Source: an uncultured virus (IMG/VR IMGVR_UViG_3300037067_011375)
Taxonomy: Duplodnaviria; Heunggongvirae; Uroviricota; Caudoviricetes
Length of the DNA stretch: 64,000 nt
Direction: 5' to 3' (one strand)
IMG/VR virus record: IMGVR_UViG_3300037067_011375
Coordinates: 62,001 to 126,000 of that record
Within the stretch, counting starts at the first letter, position 1; each line of letters begins with the position of its first letter. Below are positions 8,276 through 19,300 of the stretch, piece by piece. A program made the position numbers and the translations under genes. A model generated the notes under the pieces. The model searched no databases. It was given only the letters and a program-made list of their open reading frames with translations, and was not told the origin of the DNA.

Positions 8276-9817
8276 ATGATCTGGACCCCCAAGGTTTATG
8301 AAGAAGCCACCGCGGCCCTCCAGGCCAGCAACTCGGTCACGCGGGTGTGCCAGGACCTCTCGGCCCGGTGGGGCGAACTGATTTCCCCCAAGGCCCTGGA
8401 CTGTGCGTTCCGGCGCGGCAAACTGAAGCAGCCGGCCCAATGGCTCAGTGGCCCTGCTGGCCAGCCGGCCGTCCACTGGACCAACAAGGTGGCCAAGCAG
8501 TGCGCCCAGGTGATCCGGCGGCACGGCACCGTCGTGCAGGCCTGCGAGGAAATCTCTACCCTGTTGGGCCGGACCGTCACGCCCTCGGGGCTCCAGAAGG
8601 TATTCTTGTCCGCAGGGCTGAAGCCTCCCGGCACCTACGTGGACAAGAAGCTCCGCAAGGTGGCGCTGAGCCAGCAGTCAGCCAGGGCTGCCCAGTACAA
8701 CCACAAGGCAGCGTTCAACGGGGCCGCCAAGGCCACTGGGCCAGCGGGGCCGGTGTCCAGAGGTGCCGTTGCTGGCCCTGGGCCCAGAGGATACGAACAG
8801 ACCTACCAGGTTGGGGAGGAAGGGCAGGACGAGCGACAAGACAGCCAGTTCAACCAGAAATTTCTTACGCTGGTTCAGAAGCAAATCAGAACGATCAATG
8901 AGCTAGCTGACCAGATGGACGTACCGCCCAAGGTGATCCGGCAGACCATAGCGTCGTTACAACAACAGGGCTATGGGGTAACGCTTGAGCGAGACCAGAT
9001 TGTTGGTTTTAGTGCGGAGGTTGTCCATGAAGTAAAAGACGCTCAGGAACTTACCGCACAACCTGGAACTGACGGCACCTACTGTTTTGGTGCCGTGGCC
9101 GACACGCATTTCGGGTCCAAATACTGTGATGAGGAAGCATTTGTCCAGTATGTGGAATACGCGTATTCGCTCGGTGTTCGTCACATTTTGCACGCCGGGG
9201 ACATTTTAACCGGTCTGCTGAACCATCATGGCATGAGTTTTGAGGTCAAAACACTTGGCTTTGACAACCAGGTAGAACTTGCTCTGTCGGTTATGCCTCA
9301 AAAACCAGGACTATCTTATTTTGGGATTTGCGGGAATCATGAGCTAAATTCCTGGACAAAGTCAATCTCTATGTCACCGGGGGCCGCTCTGGTTCGGCGG
9401 GCACGCGAAATGGGGAGAAACGATATTCATCATGTTGGCGACGTCCAGGGTAGGGTAGTGTTCGGCAAGGGTGAACAGTCCATCAAGGTAGAGTTGGCTC
9501 ACCCGAAGGTGAGCGGTAGCACGTACGCGATCTCTTATCCGGTGCAAAAGTGGGTTGAACGCATGCCTGGTGGTGCAAAACCGCATATCCTTTTGTCAGG
9601 TCATCTCCACCAATTCAGTGTACTTAACGTGAGAAACGTTGTCTGCGTGCAGCCCGGCTGCTTCGAGCATTCTACCCCGTACACCCGCGAGATGGGCCTG
9701 CACCCTGCTGTTGGGGGTGTAGTCATCTGGGCCAAGCGGGATGGTCTGAACCTGTGGTTCCGGAACGAGTGGGTTGCGACCCGGACCAAGCCGGTGGACT
9801 GGACCCAAATCGAGTGA
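8276..9817 (+). CDS. Calcineurin-like metallophosphoesterase with N-terminal HTH-like domains
   Basis: DTHFG, HAGD, GNHE, H and SGHLH metal motifs; a duplicated N-terminal helical repeat and a central wHTH-like segment. Confidence 0.85.
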   Translation: MIWTPKVYEEATAALQASNSVTRVCQDLSARWGELISPKALDCAFRRGKLKQPAQWLSGPAGQPAVHWTNKVAKQCAQVIRRHGTVVQACEEISTLLGRTVTPSGLQKVFLSAGLKPPGTYVDKKLRKVALSQQSARAAQYNHKAAFNGAAKATGPAGPVSRGAVAGPGPRGYEQTYQVGEEGQDERQDSQFNQKFLTLVQKQIRTINELADQMDVPPKVIRQTIASLQQQGYGVTLERDQIVGFSAEVVHEVKDAQELTAQPGTDGTYCFGAVADTHFGSKYCDEEAFVQYVEYAYSLGVRHILHAGDILTGLLNHHGMSFEVKTLGFDNQVELALSVMPQKPGLSYFGICGNHELNSWTKSISMSPGAALVRRAREMGRNDIHHVGDVQGRVVFGKGEQSIKVELAHPKVSGSTYAISYPVQKWVERMPGGAKPHILLSGHLHQFSVLNVRNVVCVQPGCFEHSTPYTREMGLHPAVGGVVIWAKRDGLNLWFRNEWVATRTKPVDWTQIE

Positions 9818-11686
9818 TCAATCTTCTGGTGTGACTCTGCTTTTCCTGCTCAATATCGCGCTCATGTAAGGCAAGCTCACGTTAAACTGGTGTGCCAGCA
9901 TTTTAATCGTGTGCATACCGGCAGCGTATAGTCGCCGCGCTTCCTCTACATTCTGGTTGGTCATCTTGCTATTGATTGACTTCTCTCCTCGAGCATCCGT
10001 GCCGTGGCGGCGACGATCCAGAGAGTTTTCGCTGGGAGACCCGTAACATAGATTCTCGATCCTGTTGTCCCCGGGGTTTCCGTTTAGATGTCGCACACAG
10101 TATCCTGGCGGGCACGGTTCACCAGAGAACGCCAGGGTAACCAGTCTATGGATTTGCCATTGTGTCATGGTACTCTTGCCTACCTCGGGGTTTGGTTTGC
10201 ACAGCATCACCATGAGCCTGCCCATGTTGTGCCCTGGTTTCAACACGCGAGTTTTCTGTGTCCTGGTCATGTCGCCGTTCAAGTCTCTGGTGAGCCGGGT
10301 TAAACTTCTGACCTGTCCAGCATTACTCACCTGATAGTACCCCTCAAATCCAGGTACGTCTAACCACCGTTCCACCTCGTCAGGTTGGTAAGCCCACCGA
10401 GCCCACACCGGAGTAAAATCAATCGTGCAAGGAGGTAGTTTTTCCTTCTTGCCCGGTACAACCGGTGCGTCAGCATCCAGGTAGGCCCAACTGTCTCGCC
10501 TGATAATCCTCCCTACCATCTCACGGCAGATGCCATGTTGGGCCGCGATGGCGGACTGACTCCTGCCTCCTTCCGCATACTGCTCCCGTATTTCTCTCAC
10601 GGTGTCTTCGGTGATTTTACTCATGCCATTACGCTCGCCACCATTATCTGTTCCATGACTTTTACGGTCAACAGAGTTTTCTTCGCGGGTGCCATAGCGT
10701 AGGTTGGTTAGGGCGTTATTTTCTGGGTTGCCATCCAGGTGGCGTATTTCTTGTTTCGGAGGACACGCACCCGTGAAGGCCAGCATCACCAGTACATGGA
10801 CCAGGTAGTGCTCCCCTCGCCTGGTGGGTTCCCCGCCACACCCGCCAGCCAAGGACACGAATAAATGCCCAGACGCACTTTTTACTGGGCGCAACAGCAC
10901 TCCTTGCCGTTTATACGTGCGCGCGTTCTTCTGAACCAATAGTCGGTCTACGCTCCTCACTCGGCCGAGGTTGGACACCAGATAGGCAGAAAATCCTGGT
11001 ACCTCTCGCCATTCTTCCCCGGGTAAATCTTTTTCATACAGGGTTCGCTTCTGCTGCGGTGTTACTGGTTTTTCGTAAGGTGCCTGTACGTCTGTTCGTT
11101 TCCACACCTGATATTTCACGATCCGACGCACAGTAGATGTGCCCACACCGTATTTTGCGGCCAACTCTGCGAAAGTATACTTGCCGTTTGCGTGTAGTTC
11201 GCGCATTTCGTCCACTTGGTCACCAGTCAACGCCGTCACGCCTGTGCGTGGGCCTCGTGGCCTGACGTCCAATTCTTTTTGCCGTGTGGTGTACTCCTCA
11301 TGCGTTGCCCAACTTAGGTTTTCCAGGCTGTTGTTTTCTGCTCTACCATCAAAATGTAGGCATTTTTGTCCGTCTTCTGGTGTCCCAACGAAAGTTGTTA
11401 AAACCAAATCCGATACCATTCTACCCTGCATTTTGCTTCCGTCCATTGGGCACAGCACTACTCTAGCGTGGCCAGACGCACCGTAGGACGGCTTTATGAC
11501 ATGCCCGCGTACATGCCGTTTAAGCCGGCCATTTCGGAATATTTTACGGTCAAGACTCCTGACCCGTCCCCAGTCCGACACTTGGTATCCAGGGAAACTT
11601 GGGACATCCCGCCAGCGTTCTACTGCTTCGGAAGCACCGGGTTCAAGACCTGCAAACAAATCGTTTTGCTCAGATTCGTGCGTCAT
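9818..11686 (-). CDS. Triple NUMOD4-HNH endonuclease
   Basis: Three copies of 'W..VPG..GYQVS..GRVRS' + 'HLDG..NN...NL.(W/Y)GT' + HTH. The likely start is ATG 11686. Confidence 0.9.
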   Translation of the reverse strand: MTHESEQNDLFAGLEPGASEAVERWRDVPSFPGYQVSDWGRVRSLDRKIFRNGRLKRHVRGHVIKPSYGASGHARVVLCPMDGSKMQGRMVSDLVLTTFVGTPEDGQKCLHFDGRAENNSLENLSWATHEEYTTRQKELDVRPRGPRTGVTALTGDQVDEMRELHANGKYTFAELAAKYGVGTSTVRRIVKYQVWKRTDVQAPYEKPVTPQQKRTLYEKDLPGEEWREVPGFSAYLVSNLGRVRSVDRLLVQKNARTYKRQGVLLRPVKSASGHLFVSLAGGCGGEPTRRGEHYLVHVLVMLAFTGACPPKQEIRHLDGNPENNALTNLRYGTREENSVDRKSHGTDNGGERNGMSKITEDTVREIREQYAEGGRSQSAIAAQHGICREMVGRIIRRDSWAYLDADAPVVPGKKEKLPPCTIDFTPVWARWAYQPDEVERWLDVPGFEGYYQVSNAGQVRSLTRLTRDLNGDMTRTQKTRVLKPGHNMGRLMVMLCKPNPEVGKSTMTQWQIHRLVTLAFSGEPCPPGYCVRHLNGNPGDNRIENLCYGSPSENSLDRRRHGTDARGEKSINSKMTNQNVEEARRLYAAGMHTIKMLAHQFNVSLPYMSAILSRKSRVTPED

Positions 11687-11687
11687 G

Positions 11688-11909
11688 CTACTGGTCCTTT
11701 CGGGTTGGCTGCGTAGCCAACCAAGCCAAAACAGGCCCACGGAGTCCTGGGTCCGGTGCTGCAGCCCCGTGGCGCCAGCGGTTGATGGTAGAGCGGTTGA
11801 CCCCCAGGGCTGCGGCGACCTCATGGTCTTGCAGTCCTACCCGAGCGACCTCGGCCACGAAGATCCCGTGGAACTCTTGGGCCCCGTAACGTAAGAACAT
11901 TTCTGCCAT
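11688..11909 (-). CDS. Small XRE-like HTH protein
   Basis: 'GLQDHEVAAALGVNRSTINRWRHG'. Confidence 0.75.
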   Translation of the reverse strand: MAEMFLRYGAQEFHGIFVAEVARVGLQDHEVAAALGVNRSTINRWRHGAAAPDPGLRGPVLAWLATQPTRKDQ

Positions 11910-11987
11910 GATGGTTCCTGGTGTGCTATCTGCACACTATCGTTTTACCTACCAGCACCCCACCCACCAAAATTATTTTTCTTTTCC

Positions 11988-12016
11988 TTGACACCTGCCC
12001 ACCTGTTCGGTATCCT
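11988..12016 (+). promoter_or_regulatory. sigma70-like promoter
   Basis: TTGACA-17-TATCCT, with an AT-rich upstream tract. Confidence 0.65.
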
Positions 12017-12049
12017 ATGGCCTGTCACTAGCCCTAGGAGCCCATACCT

Positions 12050-12961
12050 ATGTCTGAACCCAGTGGCGACCAGCCGGTCGCGCTCCCTGTCGTTCCTGAA
12101 GCCGGCCTAACCGTCCTGATGAACCGGTTCATTGTCTCGCAAGTTCGCCAACGTCTCAGATTCGTTTGGGGCAACGACGCCGGTTGGTCCCGCGAAGACC
12201 TCTGCCACGAGTTGCAACGCAAGGCCCTGGAGGCATCCCGCACCGCGGATGCCAGGGGGTACAGCGAGCGGCACCGCAGCAACTCCATGAGGATCGCGGT
12301 CCAGAACTACTGCTCCAACTTGGCCCAAAGAAATTCAGGGGAAACCCGCGGGAAGCTCCGGAGGACCAGGGTGGCCGACGACTCCCGGGCGGCCTGGTTG
12401 GTCGACACCCGGGCCAGCAAGGTGGTCCCGATCGAGATCTCGCTGAAACAGCAGCACCGTCGAGGCCGGTATGTCCTGGTCCGGACCCAGGACGGCAATC
12501 AATGGTACCGGCACCTCTCCCGGATCCACGACAGCGAGGCTGACGCCAACCAAGCCTTGGCCCAGTGGCTGCAGCGAGGCCAAGGGCGCCGCAAGGTCGT
12601 GATTGACCTGGCCCCGGACCACGATGACTTTGGCCTCGTGGCCATCTCGATCGACGCACCCCGCCGGGCCCCCGATGGGGACCAAGACGGTAGTCTCCAC
12701 GATTCCATCGCGAAGCCCCCGCGGCACCGGCTAGACATCTCGTTCCAGCAGGTTCACCAACCGCGAGTCCGCCAGTGCCTTGACCTCCTGCTCCACTACC
12801 CTGACGACCCGCTGTTCTGCCAGTTTTGCCGGGCCCGCGGGGAAGACCCCGCTGCCCTGGGGGACGCGACCCTGATGCGCCGCGCCATGGAGTTCTGCGG
12901 CACTGACCTCAAGGAAATGCGCGGTGCCTTGGCCCAGGTGTACCGAGAGATCAAAAAGTGA
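12050..12961 (+). CDS. Putative divergent RNA polymerase sigma factor-like protein
   Basis: 'SREDLCHEL...IAVQNYCSNLAQR' resembles sigma region 2; 'ISIDAP..DGDQDGSLHDSIA' resembles the region-3 SLD motif. Confidence 0.45.
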   Translation: MSEPSGDQPVALPVVPEAGLTVLMNRFIVSQVRQRLRFVWGNDAGWSREDLCHELQRKALEASRTADARGYSERHRSNSMRIAVQNYCSNLAQRNSGETRGKLRRTRVADDSRAAWLVDTRASKVVPIEISLKQQHRRGRYVLVRTQDGNQWYRHLSRIHDSEADANQALAQWLQRGQGRRKVVIDLAPDHDDFGLVAISIDAPRRAPDGDQDGSLHDSIAKPPRHRLDISFQQVHQPRVRQCLDLLLHYPDDPLFCQFCRARGEDPAALGDATLMRRAMEFCGTDLKEMRGALAQVYREIKK

Positions 12962-13551
12962 GGTACCTGGTCTATCGGGTAGCCTGCACAAAAGCCAAAG
13001 GTCAGGTTCCGGAGGTCCAAGGGATCGGGACCCTGACGTTTGATATCGTGGAAGGTTCGGGGCGGTCATCGGCCGACCTGGGGTACTGCATCGACACCCC
13101 TGGCAACATGGTCGAGTGGTTTGCCCAGCGGACCGGGGCCCATGGGGACCGATTGATCGGGTGGCACTCGAGAGAAATGCAAGCGGTGCTGTCGGTAGCC
13201 CTGATCAATGGGATCGACTTTGGCCATTATTTCCAGCGGCACCAACACGTCCTGGGTGAACGGCACCAGCAACTTCACGGATGGCTCCAACAGCACTGTG
13301 GGGGCGGTACCTTGGCCCAGCAGTACAGCGCGCTGAAAATCAAGCCCGCTCCTAACCTCGCCACGCGACTCTCGCTGGACTGCCTTGTTCTGGCGGCCTT
13401 GTGGATTAAAATCCAGGTCGTCATGGGGGTGCTTGACATTCGTGGCCGAGCCAGTACCATGGATCTCGTGGGTTCAGCATTTCGCTGCAGTGACGCTGGC
13501 CCCGCTGTGCTGAGACAAGTAGAACGAGCAAGCAAAATCATCGCGAAATAG
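12958..13551 (+). CDS. Hypothetical protein, possibly a degenerate 3'-5' exonuclease fold
   Basis: 'LIGWHS...VLSVALINGIDF' echoes PolB-type exonuclease domains, but catalytic acidic residues are not evident. Confidence 0.35.
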   Translation: MRYLVYRVACTKAKGQVPEVQGIGTLTFDIVEGSGRSSADLGYCIDTPGNMVEWFAQRTGAHGDRLIGWHSREMQAVLSVALINGIDFGHYFQRHQHVLGERHQQLHGWLQQHCGGGTLAQQYSALKIKPAPNLATRLSLDCLVLAALWIKIQVVMGVLDIRGRASTMDLVGSAFRCSDAGPAVLRQVERASKIIAK

Positions 13552-13558
13552 GTGTTGT

Positions 13559-14101
13559 ATGGCCCAGCAGTATTTAGTTGAAATCTCGCCTGGATGCTAC
13601 GAAGTGGTGGACAAGCGCCCAACCACCAGGAAGCCACAACTTAATCGCCCTCCACGGCCTTCCAAAGCCGCCGTTCCCCCGTGGCCCTGGCGGTTCTGTC
13701 CCGAGGACAATTTGATCCTAGACCAGCACGGTGATGTCGTGGCCCGCGATGTTGAAGTCGTCAGTGAGTCCAGGCACAACAACCAAATTCATCTACGGTT
13801 TATGAACCATGGATCCCTTTGGGTCGGCAAGACAATTCGGGGCGGGATCCAAGCGCGACCTTCCAGGATTGCCCCGAGGCCCAGATGTACAAAATGTGGT
13901 GCGGAAATTATCCAGACCAACGTTTCGGAAATTTGCCGTCATTGCCACGACGCCGCCGCAGAAACCCGGCCCAAAGTCCAGTGCACTGGGTGTGGCAAGC
14001 CACTCAGCAAGGCGACGTTGTCGGGGTTGTGTCGGGCCTGCTGGTTGACCCGAGGGGAAACTCGGGAAACCCGCGAGCAGTTCAACCCCTGGCTCAGGTA
14101 A
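13559..14101 (+). CDS. Zinc-finger protein
   Basis: Four CxxC pairs in the C-terminal half. Confidence 0.65.
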   Translation: MAQQYLVEISPGCYEVVDKRPTTRKPQLNRPPRPSKAAVPPWPWRFCPEDNLILDQHGDVVARDVEVVSESRHNNQIHLRFMNHGSLWVGKTIRGGIQARPSRIAPRPRCTKCGAEIIQTNVSEICRHCHDAAAETRPKVQCTGCGKPLSKATLSGLCRACWLTRGETRETREQFNPWLR

Positions 14102-14140
14102 TTTTCTACTTCGTTCCTTATCTTGGCGATTTCCCGCCTG

Positions 14141-14158
14141 TACGTTAATGTTTAGTAG
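14141..14158 (+). promoter_or_regulatory. Phage-specific promoter motif copy (TACGTTAATGTTTAGTAG)
   Basis: Intergenic copy upstream of 14211. Confidence 0.7.
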
Positions 14159-14210
14159 CAATCCAGGTGGGCCATGGTGCCCATTGTCCTTTTCTACCCC
14201 GAGGTTTAAA

Positions 14211-15212
14211 ATGCCCTGTAGCAAGTGTCGTGAGCAGAAGTCTAAGTCCCGCGTAGCCGTCCCGAGCAATCTTGGCACCATGGATGCCCTGTACCAGGAA
14301 TACGCCGCCCTCATGACCCCGGCGGAGCCCTGCCGGTCCCCCGAGGCTCTATCAGAGGAATTCAAGCGGCGGGGCCACCAGGACCCTCGGGCCGAGGGTG
14401 ACCAGTTTCTGGAGGAAATCTTCAGTGACGACTGGGCTGCCTGCAAGGTTCAGCAGAAGGCTGCGGCGGTTGAACTTGATGTCAAGACCGCCGGGTTCGA
14501 TTCGCCCGAATCCATCGTGGACGAGTTGATCCTCTGGATCGACAACACCGAGCCGCTGTACCGCCAGAAGCTCCTGTGCTACAAGAATCTGGTCGGCAAG
14601 GTTGACCGCAAGGTTTACGACGCCGTCAAGGCGGTCAAGTTGATGCTGTACTGCGTGGACGCCGCCGCCCAGAGCTACGTCAAGGAATTCGGGACCCCTG
14701 AGGACCATCAGGGCGGCACCACTTGGCACGACGTGTTTCCCAAGAACATCAGGATCGAAGCCGCCAAGGAGTTGGTTCGCCAGTTTGCCCAGGATATGAA
14801 GTCGGGCGAGCAGTACCTGCAGGATTTCCACGCGAAGAAATACCAGCCGAAGCCCGAGGCCAAGGCTGCGCCCAAGTCCGCAGCCGTGACCAAGCAGGCG
14901 GGTGGCCCGGCCGCCCTGGACAACCTGGAACTGTGGAGTTGGATCGACAGCGAGACCCCGGAGTTTGGCCAGTTCCTCATGCAGTTGCTGGCGTCGGTGC
15001 CGGGCGGCGACGAGGCCGAGGGCATGGGCTATGAGCCATTCCCCTTCTTGGGCTGGCAAGAGTGGTCCATGATCGCCGAAATGATGCAGGCGGTCGAGGG
15101 TGCTATGGATGTAGAGTATTTGGTGCAAAAACTCATGGGTCCTGATCCTGATGACCGCGATGCAGAAATCCCTGAAGTTCCCGCCGAAGACCTCGCTGAT
15201 AAGTTCAAGTAG
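14211..15212 (+). CDS. Hypothetical phage protein
   Basis: GAGG RBS before ATG 14211; acidic; central 'ELILWIDNTEPLYRQ...YVKEFG' domain. Confidence 0.6.
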   Translation: MPCSKCREQKSKSRVAVPSNLGTMDALYQEYAALMTPAEPCRSPEALSEEFKRRGHQDPRAEGDQFLEEIFSDDWAACKVQQKAAAVELDVKTAGFDSPESIVDELILWIDNTEPLYRQKLLCYKNLVGKVDRKVYDAVKAVKLMLYCVDAAAQSYVKEFGTPEDHQGGTTWHDVFPKNIRIEAAKELVRQFAQDMKSGEQYLQDFHAKKYQPKPEAKAAPKSAAVTKQAGGPAALDNLELWSWIDSETPEFGQFLMQLLASVPGGDEAEGMGYEPFPFLGWQEWSMIAEMMQAVEGAMDVEYLVQKLMGPDPDDRDAEIPEVPAEDLADKFK

Positions 15213-15228
15213 GCGTTCTTAGCCCAGC

Positions 15229-16224
15229 ATGTCCAACCCGACCCCTCGCCCCACCCCCCAGTTTATCCGGATTGACCCCTTGGCCGAGTCGGCCTTGTCG
15301 GGCCTGGGGAACCGTGATGTCACGAGGTACTTGGAACTGGCCAAGTTGATTGTCCATCGGTACCTGGAGGAGTGTATCCGCCCTGACGGCCAGTTTCGGC
15401 AGTTTTTCGACCGGTTCGCCAATTTCTCCCACGGCTTCGTGGTCAACCAAAATCTGGACCAAGATCCTGATAAGCGTCATATCCAGATTGCCAGGTTTTT
15501 CGAGGACCTCAAGGAATCGCCCGCCCAGATTTTCATCCAGACGACTGGCCACGAATATCAGCCGGTCGGGCCCGGCGGCATTACCGATGGCTGGAATACC
15601 CGAGATGGTCTCGGCACCCAGGTGGTCCAGGTCACCGACGTGGTGAAAATCCCGGTGCAAATCACTTGCGCGGCCCTGTCGCAGCAAGAAATCGACGACC
15701 TCGCCGCCCTGATGGCCGCGACGTTCGGACAGTTTCAGAAATGGACCTGCAACTACATCTTGCGGGCGCAACCGACCGAAACGTCCCGGTCCCAATGGGA
15801 ACTTCGGCTACCGCCTCGGTACCGCATCGCCAACATGCGGCACGACAAACTCCACGATGATCCCCGCCAGCAGGTCTGGTCGGTCCAGTGCGACCTGGAT
15901 TGCGTCCTGGAAAACTCCGTGTTGCTCAGTTACCGGGCCCGGCCATCAATGCAGTTGGACGAAACCCCCGAGACATTCGAGGTCCAGGTCCCCACGGTTT
16001 TGCTGGTCCGACAAAACTTTTCGGTCCCCTTGAACTACTACCCGCCCCGCTGTGCCATTTATTCCACTGACCCCCGGGTCGCGACGGTTGACCGGGACGA
16101 GACTTCCCTTACGATCCGGCCCCGACGGCCCGGCACCTTCACCCTGATGGCCACGACGGAAGACGGGGATCAACAGGGGTGCCGCATTTTGCTCCAGCAG
16201 GTCATCACGGTTCGGGCCCGTTGA
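15229..16224 (+). CDS. Putative tail completion/terminator-like structural protein with a C-terminal Ig-like domain
   Basis: Immediately upstream of the sheath gene; C-terminal 'YSTDPRVATVD...GTFTLMAT' is a Big2-like motif. Confidence 0.5.
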   Translation: MSNPTPRPTPQFIRIDPLAESALSGLGNRDVTRYLELAKLIVHRYLEECIRPDGQFRQFFDRFANFSHGFVVNQNLDQDPDKRHIQIARFFEDLKESPAQIFIQTTGHEYQPVGPGGITDGWNTRDGLGTQVVQVTDVVKIPVQITCAALSQQEIDDLAALMAATFGQFQKWTCNYILRAQPTETSRSQWELRLPPRYRIANMRHDKLHDDPRQQVWSVQCDLDCVLENSVLLSYRARPSMQLDETPETFEVQVPTVLLVRQNFSVPLNYYPPRCAIYSTDPRVATVDRDETSLTIRPRRPGTFTLMATTEDGDQQGCRILLQQVITVRAR

Positions 16225-16255
16225 TTCCATAAATCCACCTGGGGCGACATTCCAG

Positions 16256-16273
16256 CACGTTACTTTATAGTAG
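16256..16273 (+). promoter_or_regulatory. Phage-specific promoter motif copy (CACGTTACTTTATAGTAG)
   Basis: Intergenic copy upstream of the tail sheath gene. Confidence 0.7.
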
Positions 16274-16355
16274 CGGCACAGATCTGGTGCTGCTGGTGCA
16301 CTGATCAATTTTTCCGGGCCTTGGCCCCGTTGCTTTTACTACCAGGAGAATCGTC

Positions 16356-19300
16356 ATGGCGATTGCTGACCTCCGCTTGACCACCAGCCGGTACACTGTG
16401 CCCGGTACCATCATTGATTTTGTCCCGCAGCCCCAGGCCGGGACTCCCCAGGGAACCCCGCGGTATCCCTGTATCGTGGGGCGCGGCCATCGTCTTGCGC
16501 GGGAAACGTCCATCCCGCACATCCGGGCCCGGGTGTACGGCGAGCAACTGGCGTTCTCCACGACTGCCCCGTATGTGGCTTCCTTGGACCACAACGCTGC
16601 CCCGGACCAGACCTTGGCTCAACTGTACAGCCAGTCAGGCCAGCCGGTTGATGCCGATAAATGGCGGTTTCTCGTGGACGTCGCGACCGGGACCCTGTAC
16701 AACCGGGTCCAGGTCGACGCCACCGCCTACGACCACACCGCCACGTACTACATCGAGTACCAGTCGATCGACCGGGACGTCCAGGACGACCTGCAGTTTG
16801 ACGATCTTCGCGAAATGCTCCTGGTGGGTGATTCTGGTGGCCAGAACCAGTACGTGGAATACGAGGATTACCGAGTGGTCACGGGGCTCACGGGCTCGGC
16901 CACGGACCCCGATGCCCTGACCCCCGGGACTGCCAACACGCACCTGACCGGTACGGTTTCAGCTCTCGTGAAGACCGGGGCCGTGGGCACTGGGCTCGTG
17001 ACCTTCACGGCCGGCAATAGTTACACCGGGGCCTACAATCGCCGGTACCGCCTTACGGTCAGTGGTGCAAATCAATTTGACCTGACCATCACGAATCTTT
17101 CGGGTGGAAACGCCCAAGTGCCCAATGTCCCGGCCAACGCGGCCAACGCGTCTACTTTCGTACTCGTGGGTGGCGGCCCTACTTGGACGAGTGTGCAGAT
17201 TACTGGAAATCCTGCAATCTACACGGTTACACCGCTCCCTAACTACGTTGAGGACGACGGACTTCGTTTGACTTTTGACCTCAACGGCGGTGCGTTCGGG
17301 GTCACTGACTACTACGAGTGGACCGCGTATGCCCCAGGCAAGATCGAGTTCTGTTCGGCCCACGACAACGACAACCAGTACAGCACGGTCAACGATCCGG
17401 TGGAACTGGGGATTTTCAGTGCTGACCCGGCCGTCGCGGCCACCCAGGCATCTGGTGGTGTCGTGACGATCCACTCCGACACCGATTACGTCGGGGATTT
17501 CGACCGTAGTTACTTCATCCAGTGCACCGCACAAGGCGGTGGCCCTGCTCCTGTGGCCCGGACCGCCACGATCTACTGGAACGGCTACGGCGAACTGCCC
17601 TACACCAACAGTGGTGTCGTTACCGTCACGGAAGGCGGTAATGCCAGTGACGTCCTGCTGGAAAACGGTGTTCATCTCGTTTTCAATTTCGGGACGGCCC
17701 ACGCGTCCATCGACACGACCAACACGATCACGACCCCCGACGCCACCACGTTGTCCAGTGCCATTACCCTGGCCAACATGATCCGGACGCAGTTCAATGC
17801 CCACGATTTCGACGCTGGTCCCGTGTGGCACTTTGGTGGTCCTGGGACTCACCAAATCACGGCTGCGGTCGCGACCGATCTTGCGACTCTCCGGACCCTT
17901 TGCCTGGATATCCAGACTAAATACGCGGCCCACCTGGCCGACCTGACCGAGCATGTCCTGGCCGACACTATCTGGTCGCTGGATTCCGACCTGACTGTTT
18001 CGGCAACCTCGACCCTTGCGGCCGTGATCGCCTGGGCCAACGACGTCAAGGCCAAGTACAACCGACACCGGCAGGCCAACGGGTTCGCCGGGACGGTCCC
18101 GCAGTCCGACACCTGGCGGGTAGACGCCAAGGCCGCGCGCCGTAACTTCACCGCCAAGGACGACCGCAATGTGACGGTCACGGTCAACACGTTTGTCCCG
18201 GCCACGACGTTCCCGATCTCTTACACGTCGTCAACGCTCGAGGGTGGATCGGGTACCGTGACGATCACGGATTATTCCGACCCCTGGGTGGACCTGCCCG
18301 ATTCGATCCGCCTGATGGTCCGGAACCTTTCTACCACCGAAAGCTACACGGCCAACAACACCTTCACGTTCTCGACGGTTTGCTACGACACGGTCGACTG
18401 GACTTTGGTGTCGCGTTCGTCCGAGACCATCGCGGAAGACGACATCGTGTTGGACACCCTCGGGAACGTCACGGGCACGCCCCTCAACTATTACCTTGAC
18501 CTCCAGTACACCCCCGAGCAGGTTTTGCGCGTCAAGCGGGCCGACACCGGCGTGGCGGTATCGTACACCTGGATCACGGGTACCCCATATGTCGCGTTCT
18601 TGACGGACCCGGCCACCGACATCACGGTGGACTACGAGCATCGTGGCGACGAGCCGGATCCTGGGATGTCGTATTACGTGTCGGCCAATCGGCTTCGTGG
18701 TCTGGACGAGTACGATACGCCCCGTCGGTTCCTGTCTCCCGACGAATCCCGTGCAGCCCTTTATCCCGCCACTACCGACAACCACCTCTGGATGGCGTCG
18801 GAAATCATGTGGAACGCGGCCCCGTTCGGCATTTATGTCGTTCAGGCCCGGGCTCTTTCGGGTGATAACCATTTCGTCGCCGCAGACTACAAGCGGGCCA
18901 TTGACGCCACCGAGGTGACCAGCGAGATCAGCGACGTCACGGTGCTGTCTCCGGCTGGCTCCTGGGGGCTCGTCACGGCCTATGCGAAAAACTCTTGCGA
19001 GAAGATGAACAGCCCGTTCGAGGCCAAGGAGCGGTTGCTCTTCTGCGGGGCTCCCGTGGGGACCGCGATTGGCGACGAGTCTACTGCCGACACCCTCGTG
19101 TACTACGCGCGGCGTTCTTTGCAGTGCCCGCCGTCTGGCAAAGCCAAGGGTAACATCATCCTGCTGGGCAATACCACGGCGACCCGTAGTTTCCAACTGG
19201 AAGACGGGTCCAGCACGACCGTTACGCTGGATGGTTCGTTCGTCGCGGCCCACACGGCCGCCCTGGTGGCGTCGTTCCCGAACCCGACCGACACGATTCT

